In this document: piece after piece, positions 7,723 through 16,526 of the stretch
Layout: each line of letters starts with the position of its first letter
Position numbering within the stretch: the stretch's first letter is position 1
NCBI GenBank assembly: GCA_017459845.1
Contig: JAFUCF010000012.1
Location: forward strand, 4,120-68,119
Reading direction: 5' to 3'
Source of the DNA: Candidatus Saccharimonadota bacterium
Lineage (GTDB): Bacteria > Patescibacteriota > Saccharimonadia > Saccharimonadales > Saccharimonadaceae
DNA: 64,000 nucleotides
The notes under the pieces: model-generated
Databases searched by the model: none
What the model was told of the DNA's origin: nothing
Seen by the model: the letters and a program-made list of their open reading frames with translations, nothing else
Program-made: the position numbers and the translations under genes

Positions 7723-8673
7723 CTAAGCTTTCTCAATTAACTCCGTGCTGTTTACATCAAAGTCAGAAAGAGCGGCTTTCTTGATAGCTGGATCCTCATA
7801 AGTATTCCAATAGTAAGTATTAGTAGCGGTAGAATAACCGCCTGTGTAAACTGTCTTTTCAAAATCACCACTAGCCATGGCGGCGGCACCATCAATCATT
7901 GCGACACCAGTAAGAGTGTGGAACAAGCGAGAAACGTTCTCCTCCTCGGTAGATTTGGTTGGATAATGGGTGTTAAGGTATGCTACGCGAACAAAGCGAG
8001 ATGGGGAATAATAGTCACCAGGAATACCGCGCATTAGAGAGCCTGAGCCAAAAGCGGTCATCTCGGCCTTACCCCAAACAACCTTCTCTGGCTGTGGGCT
8101 AGAGAGGTTAAGATAGTTGCGGAGATTTTCTTTGTGCCAGCCATAGCCGGGCTGGTTAGTAAGAACATCTACATCGTTATGGAAAATCTCCAGGCCATTT
8201 TTTGTATATTCTACAACTATACTGCGGTCTTTATCGCCGATAATCCAATGGAGGAGAGAAACCGGATATTTATCATTAATAGGCTTAGCTACGATAGCTA
8301 CATCTTTTAGAGCCCGCTCAACCTCATCTACGGTGGAGAAGTTCATCGCTACCCAAAGAGGGAATTCATAAGCTGCCAAGTTAGTCTTGCCATCAACTGG
8401 GGATTGTTCATATTGTGCATAGCCCGGGAAGTTGAGGCCAGCCACAGCGAGGCCAGAATCATTACCGCAGTCAAAGTATAGCGGTACGTTTTCCTGGACA
8501 ATACCCATGCCAATAACAGCAAATCTTGGGTGAGCCTCGCCCACGAAAGCATAATGATAATTATAGCCCTTTGGGGTAACTACAATTCTCTGCCCGTAGC
8601 CAACTGACCAATCTAGATTACGGCCAAAATACATATGGCCTTTATCGTCACTAAAACGTACTCCTGTACACAT
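7723..8673 (-). CDS. bsh: Choloylglycine hydrolase (bile salt hydrolase, Ntn hydrolase)
   Basis: Starts MCTGVRF with the Cys2 nucleophile; GRNLDW, GLNFPGYA, LTNQP and IPGDYYSPSRFVR; SD AAGGAGG upstream. Confidence 0.9.
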   Translation of the reverse strand: MCTGVRFSDDKGHMYFGRNLDWSVGYGQRIVVTPKGYNYHYAFVGEAHPRFAVIGMGIVQENVPLYFDCGNDSGLAVAGLNFPGYAQYEQSPVDGKTNLAAYEFPLWVAMNFSTVDEVERALKDVAIVAKPINDKYPVSLLHWIIGDKDRSIVVEYTKNGLEIFHNDVDVLTNQPGYGWHKENLRNYLNLSSPQPEKVVWGKAEMTAFGSGSLMRGIPGDYYSPSRFVRVAYLNTHYPTKSTEEENVSRLFHTLTGVAMIDGAAAMASGDFEKTVYTGGYSTATNTYYWNTYEDPAIKKAALSDFDVNSTELIEKA

Positions 8674-8734
8674 AATTCCTCCTTAAAAAGTATTGCATCT
8701 ATTATACCATAGTGTTTATGCTTATACAAACAAA

Positions 8735-8761
8735 AAGGCCGGGATTTGCTCAGCCGGCCTT
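8735..8761 (-). terminator. Intrinsic terminator of the 68-aa gene
   Basis: On the minus strand: AAGGCCGG-loop-CCGGCCTTTTTG. Confidence 0.7.
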
Positions 8762-8776
8762 CGTAATCTATACTGA

Positions 8777-8983
8777 CTATTTCTTCTTGGAAAGAGTCAA
8801 GAAACCATTCCTTGGGTTTTCATTGACAACGCGATCCTCTGGAAGATCACAAGGAGTGCCCTTGCCGCCATCTTCAGTCTTGGTGAAGAAATAGATTGTC
8901 TGTGGCTTGCCACCGCGGAGAGTGACCTCGGACTTTCTTAGATAATAAGTTGTACCTTTGCTGTTGACATGTTTGTAAGCCAT
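8777..8983 (-). CDS. Small basic conserved hypothetical protein
   Basis: 68 aa with SD AAGGAGG upstream and its own terminator; MAYKHVNSKGTTYYL...LRGGKPQTIYFF pattern. Confidence 0.75.
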   Translation of the reverse strand: MAYKHVNSKGTTYYLRKSEVTLRGGKPQTIYFFTKTEDGGKGTPCDLPEDRVVNENPRNGFLTLSKKK

Positions 8984-9077
8984 GTTCCTCCTTAGTTGAT
9001 TGTATTTCTATCTTATATCTCTTTACAATACCTGTCAAGGTTTTTCTAGCTTGATTGTAAATTCTACCTAGCGTCTC

Positions 9078-9210
9078 GCATAATCAGCTCGTAACTTGGG
9101 TATTTTGGGGCCCTGTCTTCAAAAGCAATCCCATAAATTTCTTAAGGAAATTTATGGGCCCCTCTTTTGAAGCCACCCCAAAATAGCCCTAAGTAGGTCA
9201 CTGATTATGC
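9078..9210. repeat. Imperfect palindromic element, copy A (133 bp)
   Basis: Nested inverted repeats GCATAATCAG/CTGATTATGC, TATTTTGGGG/CCCCAAAATA, CTTCAAAAG/CTTTTGAAG and CCCATAAATTTC/GAAATTTATGGG; motifs shared with 13870-14011. Confidence 0.85.
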
Positions 9211-9888
9211 TTGGCTATGTTTTATCCTCAGCGTTATTCTCAAGGTGAGCCAGACGAAGAAACGGATGATAATAACAATGAGGAGGATAAGAGTAAGGAG
9301 GGAAACAATGCCAGACGGGGTGAAGGTGAGAATAGGGGAGATGAAATCATAGCGGTAGAGGGAGGTGGATGGCAAGCTGACTGTTACGTCAGAATCTATC
9401 GTATCCGTGGCAGGATACTTGCTGAGCTCGTTTTGGTAACAAGCGATATACTCTGAAGTGTTCCAATCCCAGCCGTTTTCATGGGCGAGCGGCTGACAAA
9501 CGGACATGGCCTGCGCGTAAATGTTGCCGTTGGGATTGGCATATACGCCTGCCGCCTCTTGGGCTTGGATTTTCATGGCAGTAGCAGTACGTTCGTAGGA
9601 TTTAGCTAAATAGATTTCGCCAGAGCCAAAGTAGAGGACAAAGTTGCCGTTTTTTTCTTCTATATTAACGACATTATGACTTTCTACAAAAGATTTAAGC
9701 TCGTTTAGGGCGGCTTTAGTTTTTTCGGCATCGCCAGTTTCGTCGGCGGCAACGACTGCATTCTTTAAATCGTTCATTTTGAGATGGTCGTAGCGAAGAA
9801 GGGTAGCAGAAATAAAAGCCAGCGGAATGAAAATTAGAACAAGCTGCCAGGTTTTGATTTTAGGGATTTTCTTAAAAGGTTTCTTCAT
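9205..9888 (-). CDS. Membrane-anchored hypothetical protein (N- and C-terminal TM helices)
   Basis: Likely start MKKPFKK at 9888; the longer ORF-track start overlaps murC and runs through a promoter region. Confidence 0.7.
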   Translation of the reverse strand: MKKPFKKIPKIKTWQLVLIFIPLAFISATLLRYDHLKMNDLKNAVVAADETGDAEKTKAALNELKSFVESHNVVNIEEKNGNFVLYFGSGEIYLAKSYERTATAMKIQAQEAAGVYANPNGNIYAQAMSVCQPLAHENGWDWNTSEYIACYQNELSKYPATDTIDSDVTVSLPSTSLYRYDFISPILTFTPSGIVSLLTLILLIVIIIRFFVWLTLRITLRIKHSQA

Positions 9889-9932
9889 GCTTCTCTCTAG
9901 GCCCACTAAGCCAATTATGTTATAATTATAAC

Positions 9933-11189
9933 ATGAATATTTATATTGCGGGAATTTCTGGAACAGGGATGGGGCCATTAGCTTTGATGGCAAAGGCGGC
10001 GGGATTTACCGTTTTTGGCTCAGACCTTAATGAAGGGGCAGTGGCGGCAGAATTACATAGAGAAAACATACCGGTAAAATTTGGGGCGCAGGATGGCGCC
10101 TTTCTTAGAAAATGCTACGAGGAGGAGGGGGTAGACTGGTTTGTCCATACCTCGGCGATGGGGAAAGATGCACCAGAGCTAAAAATGGCTGAAAGGCTGG
10201 GGGTGAGAATCACAAAGCGCGATGAGTTGATTGCATATCTTGTTAATAAGCTAGGGCTCAAAATGGTGGCCGTGGCAGGGACGCACGGCAAAACAACTAC
10301 CACAGCCCTTATTACTTGGGCATCGCTACAGCTAGGTTTGCCGGTAGCTTATCTCGTCGGCTCTACGCTTCCCTTTGCAGAAGCCGGGGCTTACTCACCA
10401 GATTCAAAATTTTTAGTCTATGAGGCGGACGAGTATGACCGCAATTTTTTGAAGTTTTACCCATGGGCAGCAGTGATTACGACGGTTTCTTATGACCACC
10501 CGGATATTTATCCAACAAAAGAGGATTACAAAGCGGCATTTGATAAATTCATTTCTCAGAGCGATCGTCTGATTTCAATCCCAAGCGAGCCGGATGATGA
10601 GTATCTAGCTGCGGTAAAGCAGCTAAACCTGGCCGGGGAAAAGCGGCGATACGATGCCGAGTTGGCATTAAACGCCGTGATGGCAATGTGCGAGGAAGTG
10701 GGAAAAGAAGTAAGCACTTCAGAAATTGTAGAGATACTAAATCAATTCCCGGGCGTAGGGAGAAGGTTTGAGAGAATCTCACCCGGAGTTTACTCTGATT
10801 ATGGGCATCATCCAGAAGAAATTGAAGCCACGGTACAGATTGCGATAGAAGAAGCAACGCGCCTTGGGCTAAAAGGTGTGGTAGTGGTTTACGAGCCGCA
10901 CCAGAACGTCCGCCAACACGAAGTGATTGATGGGTACCACAAAGCGTTTGAAGGGGCGAAACATATTTTTTGGCTACCAACCTATCTCACCCGCGAAAAC
11001 CCAGAGCTCAAGGTATTACAGCCGGCAGATTTTATCGCACGGCTAGACAATTCAGCCGAGGCTGAGCCGGGGGAGGTTAGCAGAGAACTATACGAAAAGC
11101 TCCGACAATATTTAGAAGACGGTTTCTTATTGCTCTTTATGTCGGCCGGCCCGCTTGACGCTTGGGTGAGAGAGCAGGATTGGAAATAG
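9933..11189 (+). CDS. murC: UDP-N-acetylmuramate-L-alanine ligase
   Basis: GISGTGMG, GTHGKTTT, EADEYD, DHPD, GVGRRFE and DYGHHPEEI motifs. Confidence 0.9.
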   Translation: MNIYIAGISGTGMGPLALMAKAAGFTVFGSDLNEGAVAAELHRENIPVKFGAQDGAFLRKCYEEEGVDWFVHTSAMGKDAPELKMAERLGVRITKRDELIAYLVNKLGLKMVAVAGTHGKTTTTALITWASLQLGLPVAYLVGSTLPFAEAGAYSPDSKFLVYEADEYDRNFLKFYPWAAVITTVSYDHPDIYPTKEDYKAAFDKFISQSDRLISIPSEPDDEYLAAVKQLNLAGEKRRYDAELALNAVMAMCEEVGKEVSTSEIVEILNQFPGVGRRFERISPGVYSDYGHHPEEIEATVQIAIEEATRLGLKGVVVVYEPHQNVRQHEVIDGYHKAFEGAKHIFWLPTYLTRENPELKVLQPADFIARLDNSAEAEPGEVSRELYEKLRQYLEDGFLLLFMSAGPLDAWVREQDWK

Positions 11190-12593
11190 ATAGACGTGGA
11201 GCGCGTTTGGCAACCCGCCGAAGAAAAACAGCGTAAAAGCAAATGCAACTAGTACGCTTATAAGAAGCGCGTCTGGTCTAATCCAATAGATAATAAAACC
11301 AACGGTAAGAGCAGCTAACAGAAAGCCGACAAGGCCTAGCTCTAGTAAAATAGACGCATACTGATTTTGGACGATTTCTTTAGAAAAACCTAGCTCTGGG
11401 TGCTTTTCATATAACTTAATCCCTGCTGAGCCGAGGCCGGTGCCAAAGAGAAGATTAGTAGGAGAATCATTCCAAACATCTAGAGCATCACGCGTGAGCT
11501 CGGAGCGGAAAGCGCTGGATTCCTCAACGTAGCCGTCAAAACTAGATTGCGTAGTTTCTGATTGTACTTCTGGAGCTGAACTAGTAGACACGGCTAATGA
11601 TTCAGTTGGGGAAGTTTGACTTGAAGCATCCGTTAGCTCGGCCGGCCGCAAATCTATCTTACCAAGCGAAAGCTGGTGGATGCTCTTGGAAACGCCCGTC
11701 CAAAAAGTATCGCTCGTAGGGGAAAGCTCTGCAAAAATACCCTGAATACAGAGTACGAAAAGAAAACAGCCTAAGGCAATAGGGATGATTAAGAAAGCCC
11801 TGCGATTAAAAGAGCCTTTATTTGACTTTTTCTTAATATATTTTATAACAGGGAATTGCGCGAGGAAAATTAGCCCTAACCCGATAATAAGAGCATAAAT
11901 AGCGCCACGCGAGAAAGTGAGAAAGATAGTGGAGATTAAAAAGATGGTAAAGATAGTCTGCCAGGCTTTCTTGAAAAGAGGATTTTTAGTAACTATCCCG
12001 TACACCGCTAGTAGGGCCGGGGCGAGCAAGAGGTTACCCGCGAATTGCGGCTCTATAGCAAAGCCATTAGGATGCGGATAGCCAAAAGAGAGGTAAGTGC
12101 AGCCGCGGCAAAGCAAAGTGACCGAGCGGCTGAGACCAAGCAAATCAAGAACACATTGTAGCCAACAGAATAGAGAAAACCCAATGCCGGCCAAGATGAG
12201 AATCTTTTGTAAGGTTTTTAACTTGGCTGGGTGCGTTTTAATAAAGTGATAAATGTTTAACCCAACAAAGACGAGGAGGAGAAGAAGGCCGGAAGTTAGG
12301 AGAGCACGGAGGTGGTTGGCGCTCCAGATAGAAGATAGTAGGGCATATACAGGGAATAATGAAAGTAAGAAAAGCTTTTTACCGTAAAACTTAATAAGCG
12401 ACTTTAGGTTTATAAGGCTAACTATGGCAAAGAGTACCAGCCAGATTTCAGCAAGGGAAAACTCAAAGTTGGTAGTATCAGTAGAGCCAATTGAGATGAC
12501 GGGGTGGTAAGAAAAGAATAGAGCAATTGGGCCAGCCAAAAGGAGCGCCCACTGCAAGGTTTGAAGGGAATTAACGAACCCCGATTTTTTCAT
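11127..12593 (-). CDS. O-antigen ligase / Wzy-like membrane protein
   Basis: About 12 TM segments; PNGFAIEP, TFSRGA and GTGLGS...QNQYASILLELGLVG, typical of the Wzy_C/WaaL fold. Confidence 0.75.
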   Translation of the reverse strand: MKKSGFVNSLQTLQWALLLAGPIALFFSYHPVISIGSTDTTNFEFSLAEIWLVLFAIVSLINLKSLIKFYGKKLFLLSLFPVYALLSSIWSANHLRALLTSGLLLLLVFVGLNIYHFIKTHPAKLKTLQKILILAGIGFSLFCWLQCVLDLLGLSRSVTLLCRGCTYLSFGYPHPNGFAIEPQFAGNLLLAPALLAVYGIVTKNPLFKKAWQTIFTIFLISTIFLTFSRGAIYALIIGLGLIFLAQFPVIKYIKKKSNKGSFNRRAFLIIPIALGCFLFVLCIQGIFAELSPTSDTFWTGVSKSIHQLSLGKIDLRPAELTDASSQTSPTESLAVSTSSAPEVQSETTQSSFDGYVEESSAFRSELTRDALDVWNDSPTNLLFGTGLGSAGIKLYEKHPELGFSKEIVQNQYASILLELGLVGFLLAALTVGFIIYWIRPDALLISVLVAFAFTLFFFGGLPNALHVYLFPILLSHPSVKRAGRHKEQ

Positions 12594-14025
12594 CTATGTA
12601 CTCCTTCATTTTAGCTTTAAAAATTTCTGTATCATAGGGAAGAGCGGTGGCGGAGATTTTGGAAGGGGAAAATACCTTAGGGCTAGTTTTTCTTAAATCA
12701 CAAAAGCGGTTAATACAACTAGCAAGAGAATCGGCCGTCTGATGGTCAAAGAATAAACCGTTTTCGCCATCCTTGATGTAATCTAGGGCGCCGCCTTTTT
12801 TGTAAGCCAAGACTGGGCAGCCGGCTGCGAGAGCTTCTACTGGCGCAATCCCAAAAGGCTCTTGGCTAGGGAAAAGATAGCCTTTGGCGTTTTTAAGATA
12901 GGTTTTTAGCTCGTCTTTATCCATTTTAGAGAGAAAAACAATATTGTCATGGCCTTTAGCCATACTTTGAAGTTTCCTGAGCTCTGGGCCATCGCCGATT
13001 AAGACTAAATTTTGGTGGGTTTTAATACAAGCCGCTATGGCAAGATCCAGGCGCTTCCAGTTAACCATACGAGAAGTAGTAATGAAATAACCATCTGAAC
13101 AAAAATCTTGCTCAAGAATTTGACTATTTGACATTTTTATTGTTTTATTATGGTTTTTATTTATTTGACTTTTCCCTACTTTGTTTTGTGATAAGTTTTC
13201 CACAGGGCTTGAATTTTCCCACATAAATGTTTTAGTATCAACTGGCGGGTAAATTACGGTTGCTTCCCTCTTATAAAAGCGCTTGATTTCCTGTTTGGCG
13301 TAGTTGGAAATAGTGATGTAATAATCTGGGAGTTTGGCAGCCGCGTAATCTTTTTTACGCATAGGTTTGACAAAAAGCTTTAGGCCTAGCCGGGCAAGCG
13401 GGTTAAGAAGGCCAAAGCCGGGATCTTTGAGGTACTGATCATATAAACCCCAATAGTACTGGGTAGGGACGTGACAAAAGCATATATGAGTAGTTTTTCC
13501 ACGGCTTGTGGAAATCTCTGTTCGGTTTTTTAAATTTTGTTCGGTTTTAATCTTATCTTTGTGAGTTTTGACATATTTTGCCTCGGCCCCCGTAACAGAA
13601 ATTACTAAGTCGTAATCCGTGAGGTCTAGTTTTTTGAAATAGCGAGCCCGGATTGGGCCAATAAATTTGCGGAGGCAATTGGGAAAATGCTGAAGGTAGC
13701 CGGTGCGGACATCGGCGTCTTTGAACCAGGTAATTCCCTTTGGATCGTATTTGGATGTATAGATAGGGGCAGATGGGAACATCTGGTGAAGCTCTAATAA
13801 AACCTTTTCCGCGCCACCAAAGTTTATAAGCCAGTCGCAGGCTAAGGCGACCTTTAAATCACTAGGCGCGCAAGCTGGCTCGTCCCGCAGGTGTTTTGTG
13901 GTCCTGTCCCGCACATCCCCAATAATCCTCGCCCGAGCTTCGCTCGTGCTCGGCTTTTGGGGGCCCCGTGCGGACCACCCCAAAACAGCCTTGCGAGGGT
14001 TACCAGCTTGCTTGTCGTCACTCAT
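12571..14025 (-). CDS. Glycosyltransferase family 4 carrying three in-frame insertions
   Basis: KVALACDWL..GGAEKV, YPPVD and EPFGIAPVEALAAGCPV; ATG at 14025 overlaps the upstream stop as ATGA. Confidence 0.9.
   Translation of the reverse strand: MSDDKQAGNPRKAVLGWSARGPQKPSTSEARARIIGDVRDRTTKHLRDEPACAPSDLKVALACDWLINFGGAEKVLLELHQMFPSAPIYTSKYDPKGITWFKDADVRTGYLQHFPNCLRKFIGPIRARYFKKLDLTDYDLVISVTGAEAKYVKTHKDKIKTEQNLKNRTEISTSRGKTTHICFCHVPTQYYWGLYDQYLKDPGFGLLNPLARLGLKLFVKPMRKKDYAAAKLPDYYITISNYAKQEIKRFYKREATVIYPPVDTKTFMWENSSPVENLSQNKVGKSQINKNHNKTIKMSNSQILEQDFCSDGYFITTSRMVNWKRLDLAIAACIKTHQNLVLIGDGPELRKLQSMAKGHDNIVFLSKMDKDELKTYLKNAKGYLFPSQEPFGIAPVEALAAGCPVLAYKKGGALDYIKDGENGLFFDHQTADSLASCINRFCDLRKTSPKVFSPSKISATALPYDTEIFKAKMKEYIDEKIGVR
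13870..14011. repeat. Imperfect palindromic element, copy B (142 bp), inside the GT4 reading frame
   Basis: Nested inverted repeats GCAAGCTGG/CCAGCTTGC, TGTTTTG/CAAAACA, TGGTCC/GGACCA, CCGCAC/GTGCGG and CCGAGC/GCTCGG. Confidence 0.85.
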
Positions 14026-15446
14026 TTTGCGCCTCGGCCGGTTATAACCACGGCGATGGTGCGGAGAAGGATTTGGAGGTCTAGCCAGAATGACCAATTC
14101 TGGATGTAGTATAGGTCTAGGGCGCGGCGCTCCTCAAAGGATATGTCGCGGCGGCCGGAGACTTGAGCAAGTCCGGTAAGACCGGATTTGACCGAGAGAA
14201 GCAAGGAGCGGTCGCCATAATCGCGTAGCTCGCCAGGTACTAAGGCGCGCGGGCCAACCAGCGAAATATCGCCCTTTAAGACGTTGATAAGCTGAGGGAG
14301 TTCGTCTAGAGAAGTACGGCGAATAAAATGGCCAATCTTGGTGACGCGCGGATCATCCTTGATGTAATCGCCACCGCTGCGATACTTTTCGATTAACTCT
14401 GGGCGGCCCATTTTAGCAAAGGCCTCCTCAGGGGAAAGCCCAGAATACTCTGGCTTTATAGAGCGGAACTTATAAATCTTCACCTTTTTATTGTAACGGC
14501 TAAGACGATATTCTGCGTAAAAGGCCGAGTGCTTAATGTCTGATAACTTAACAATGAGCCAGATAACACCCATAGGAATAGCGGCGATGATGACTGCGAT
14601 GAGACCAAGTACAATATCCATAATGCGTTTTACGATGCGGGCAGAGCCAACAAGCGGAGTGACCTTGACTAGCATAGCCGGCGTGCCGCCGATAAGCTCT
14701 AGCTCCCCAATATGGGAAGACAACGAAGATTCTGTTGGGACAAAATAATAACGCATGTGATGCTTGATAGACTCCGCATAGACATATTCTGTCCTTTCCT
14801 CATCTGTCTGGAAGATAACATCGGCATCAGTCTCCTCCAATGCGGCGGCAAGGGAGCTAAATTGGTACTTGCGGAGCTCCTCTGGGACAAAGCTATTACC
14901 GGCGACAATCCCCTTCAGCCGGAAGCCATCTTCTGGGAAATCTACAATATGTTCTATTAAGCGCTCGGTATTTTTATTGTTGCCAATAATAATAGTGCCG
15001 ATGCCGCTGGTAAGGCGGGTATTGAGAGCACGGCGCAGGAAACGGGCGATGAACCGAACAAAGAGCAGCATTACGAAACAGAAAATGAGCGCCCAAAGCG
15101 CAACCGCGCGACTTGGGAAAAGACTGGCCTTAGTAAAGAACTGGTAGGAAACAAGTATCATCATGCCTAAAACTGAGGCGGCAAAGGCACGGGCAATTTC
15201 TGGCAAACGAGAGCGGCCGTTGTATACCTTACGACTGTATAACCCAACGAGAGCTAAGATAATCCACCAAATCGGGATGAGCACGAGGACGGACAGAAGA
15301 AATGTCCAGGGATCCTTTTCAAAGTAAAATGGCCGGGAATCAAGATTAGTACGTACGAGATAAGCAAAGAAAAAGGAAGCCACAATCGCCAACGCATCGC
15401 CAAACATTAACCATAGGACGTAAACTAAACCTGGTTCTTTTTTCAT
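14022..15446 (-). CDS. Undecaprenyl-phosphate glycosylphosphotransferase (WbaP/WcaJ-type priming transferase)
   Basis: Four N-terminal TMs; KRIMDI, YKFRSI, DDPRVTKIGHFIRRTSLDELPQLINVLKGDISLVGPR, GLTGLAQV and DLYYIQNWS. Confidence 0.93.
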   Translation of the reverse strand: MKKEPGLVYVLWLMFGDALAIVASFFFAYLVRTNLDSRPFYFEKDPWTFLLSVLVLIPIWWIILALVGLYSRKVYNGRSRLPEIARAFAASVLGMMILVSYQFFTKASLFPSRAVALWALIFCFVMLLFVRFIARFLRRALNTRLTSGIGTIIIGNNKNTERLIEHIVDFPEDGFRLKGIVAGNSFVPEELRKYQFSSLAAALEETDADVIFQTDEERTEYVYAESIKHHMRYYFVPTESSLSSHIGELELIGGTPAMLVKVTPLVGSARIVKRIMDIVLGLIAVIIAAIPMGVIWLIVKLSDIKHSAFYAEYRLSRYNKKVKIYKFRSIKPEYSGLSPEEAFAKMGRPELIEKYRSGGDYIKDDPRVTKIGHFIRRTSLDELPQLINVLKGDISLVGPRALVPGELRDYGDRSLLLSVKSGLTGLAQVSGRRDISFEERRALDLYYIQNWSFWLDLQILLRTIAVVITGRGAK

Positions 15447-15536
15447 ATATGATAATATTATACCACGTATGGGGAGAAAGCCCTAATGATAGGCGCTTGC
15501 CCTGACTTTTGGAAAGTTTTGTGGTAGTATATTACT

Positions 15537-16526
15537 ATGAAAGTGTTAATTACTGGTGGTACTGGCTACATTGGCTCTCACACAGCGGTGGAGTTGATTC
15601 AGGCGGGGTACGAAATAGAAATCTTAGACAACCTCTTTAATTCTAAGGAGACGGTGCTAGATAAAATCAAAGAGATAACTGGCATACGGCCGGTTTTTCA
15701 TGAGGTGGATTTATTGGATTATCAGAAAACTTCTGAGGTGCTAGCACGAGGTTTTGATATGGTAATACACTTTGCTGGGCTGAAGGCCGTGGCGGAGAGC
15801 GTAGAAAAGCCACTCTGGTATTACGAAAATAATATTGAGGGGACGCTAAACTTGCTCAAGGCGATGAAAAAGACTGGCTGTAATTCCCTAATTTTCTCAT
15901 CCTCTGCGACTGTTTATGGCGACCAAGGTGTAACTAGGTTAGATGAGAGTATGGAAACTGGGAAAGGTATCACAAACCCTTATGGTCAAACCAAGTTTAT
16001 GATTGAGCAAATATTACAAGACGCTTGCGTGGCAGACCAAGATTTATCCGTAGTCTTATTACGTTATTTTAACCCAGTAGGGGCGCACCCGTCTGGGTTA
16101 ATTGGCGAGGAGCCAAAAGGTATACCAAACAACCTAATGCCAATTGTGATGAAGGTGGCTACTGGGGAGATACCTGCGCTATCAGTATACGGAGACGATT
16201 ACCCAACGCCGGATGGTACTTGTATTAGAGACTACATTCATGTAGTAGATTTAGCGCGGGGGCATTTGGCGGCGATGGAACATATGCAAAAAGGTTGTAC
16301 GGTTTACAATCTAGGTACTGGCAAAGGTACTTCTGTACTGGAGATGATTAAGGCCTTTGAAGATGCAAGCGGAAAAACCTTACCTTATCAAATCGCACCA
16401 AGGAGAGCAGGTGATTTACCAGAACTGATTGCGGTGCCAGATAAGGCAGAAAAAGAGTTGGGCTGGAAAGCCACACTGACAATTGATGATGCGATGAGAG
16501 ATACGCTTAAGTTTTTAGGTAGATAA
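15537..16526 (+). CDS. galE: UDP-glucose 4-epimerase
   Basis: GGTGYIGSH, HFAGLKAV, FSSSATVYG, YGQTK, LRYFNP and GTCIRDYIHV. Confidence 0.95.
   Translation: MKVLITGGTGYIGSHTAVELIQAGYEIEILDNLFNSKETVLDKIKEITGIRPVFHEVDLLDYQKTSEVLARGFDMVIHFAGLKAVAESVEKPLWYYENNIEGTLNLLKAMKKTGCNSLIFSSSATVYGDQGVTRLDESMETGKGITNPYGQTKFMIEQILQDACVADQDLSVVLLRYFNPVGAHPSGLIGEEPKGIPNNLMPIVMKVATGEIPALSVYGDDYPTPDGTCIRDYIHVVDLARGHLAAMEHMQKGCTVYNLGTGKGTSVLEMIKAFEDASGKTLPYQIAPRRAGDLPELIAVPDKAEKELGWKATLTIDDAMRDTLKFLGR

Noticed and set aside
9078-9210. SRP (4.5S) RNA assignment for hairpin A
   Set aside because: It lacks the conserved helix-8 CAGG...GGAA...AGCAG motif.
14026-14097. ORF-track N-terminal extension of GT4 (MVILARPP...)
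   Set aside because: It overlaps the WbaP-like CDS in another frame; the ATGA-coupled start at 14025 is more plausible.
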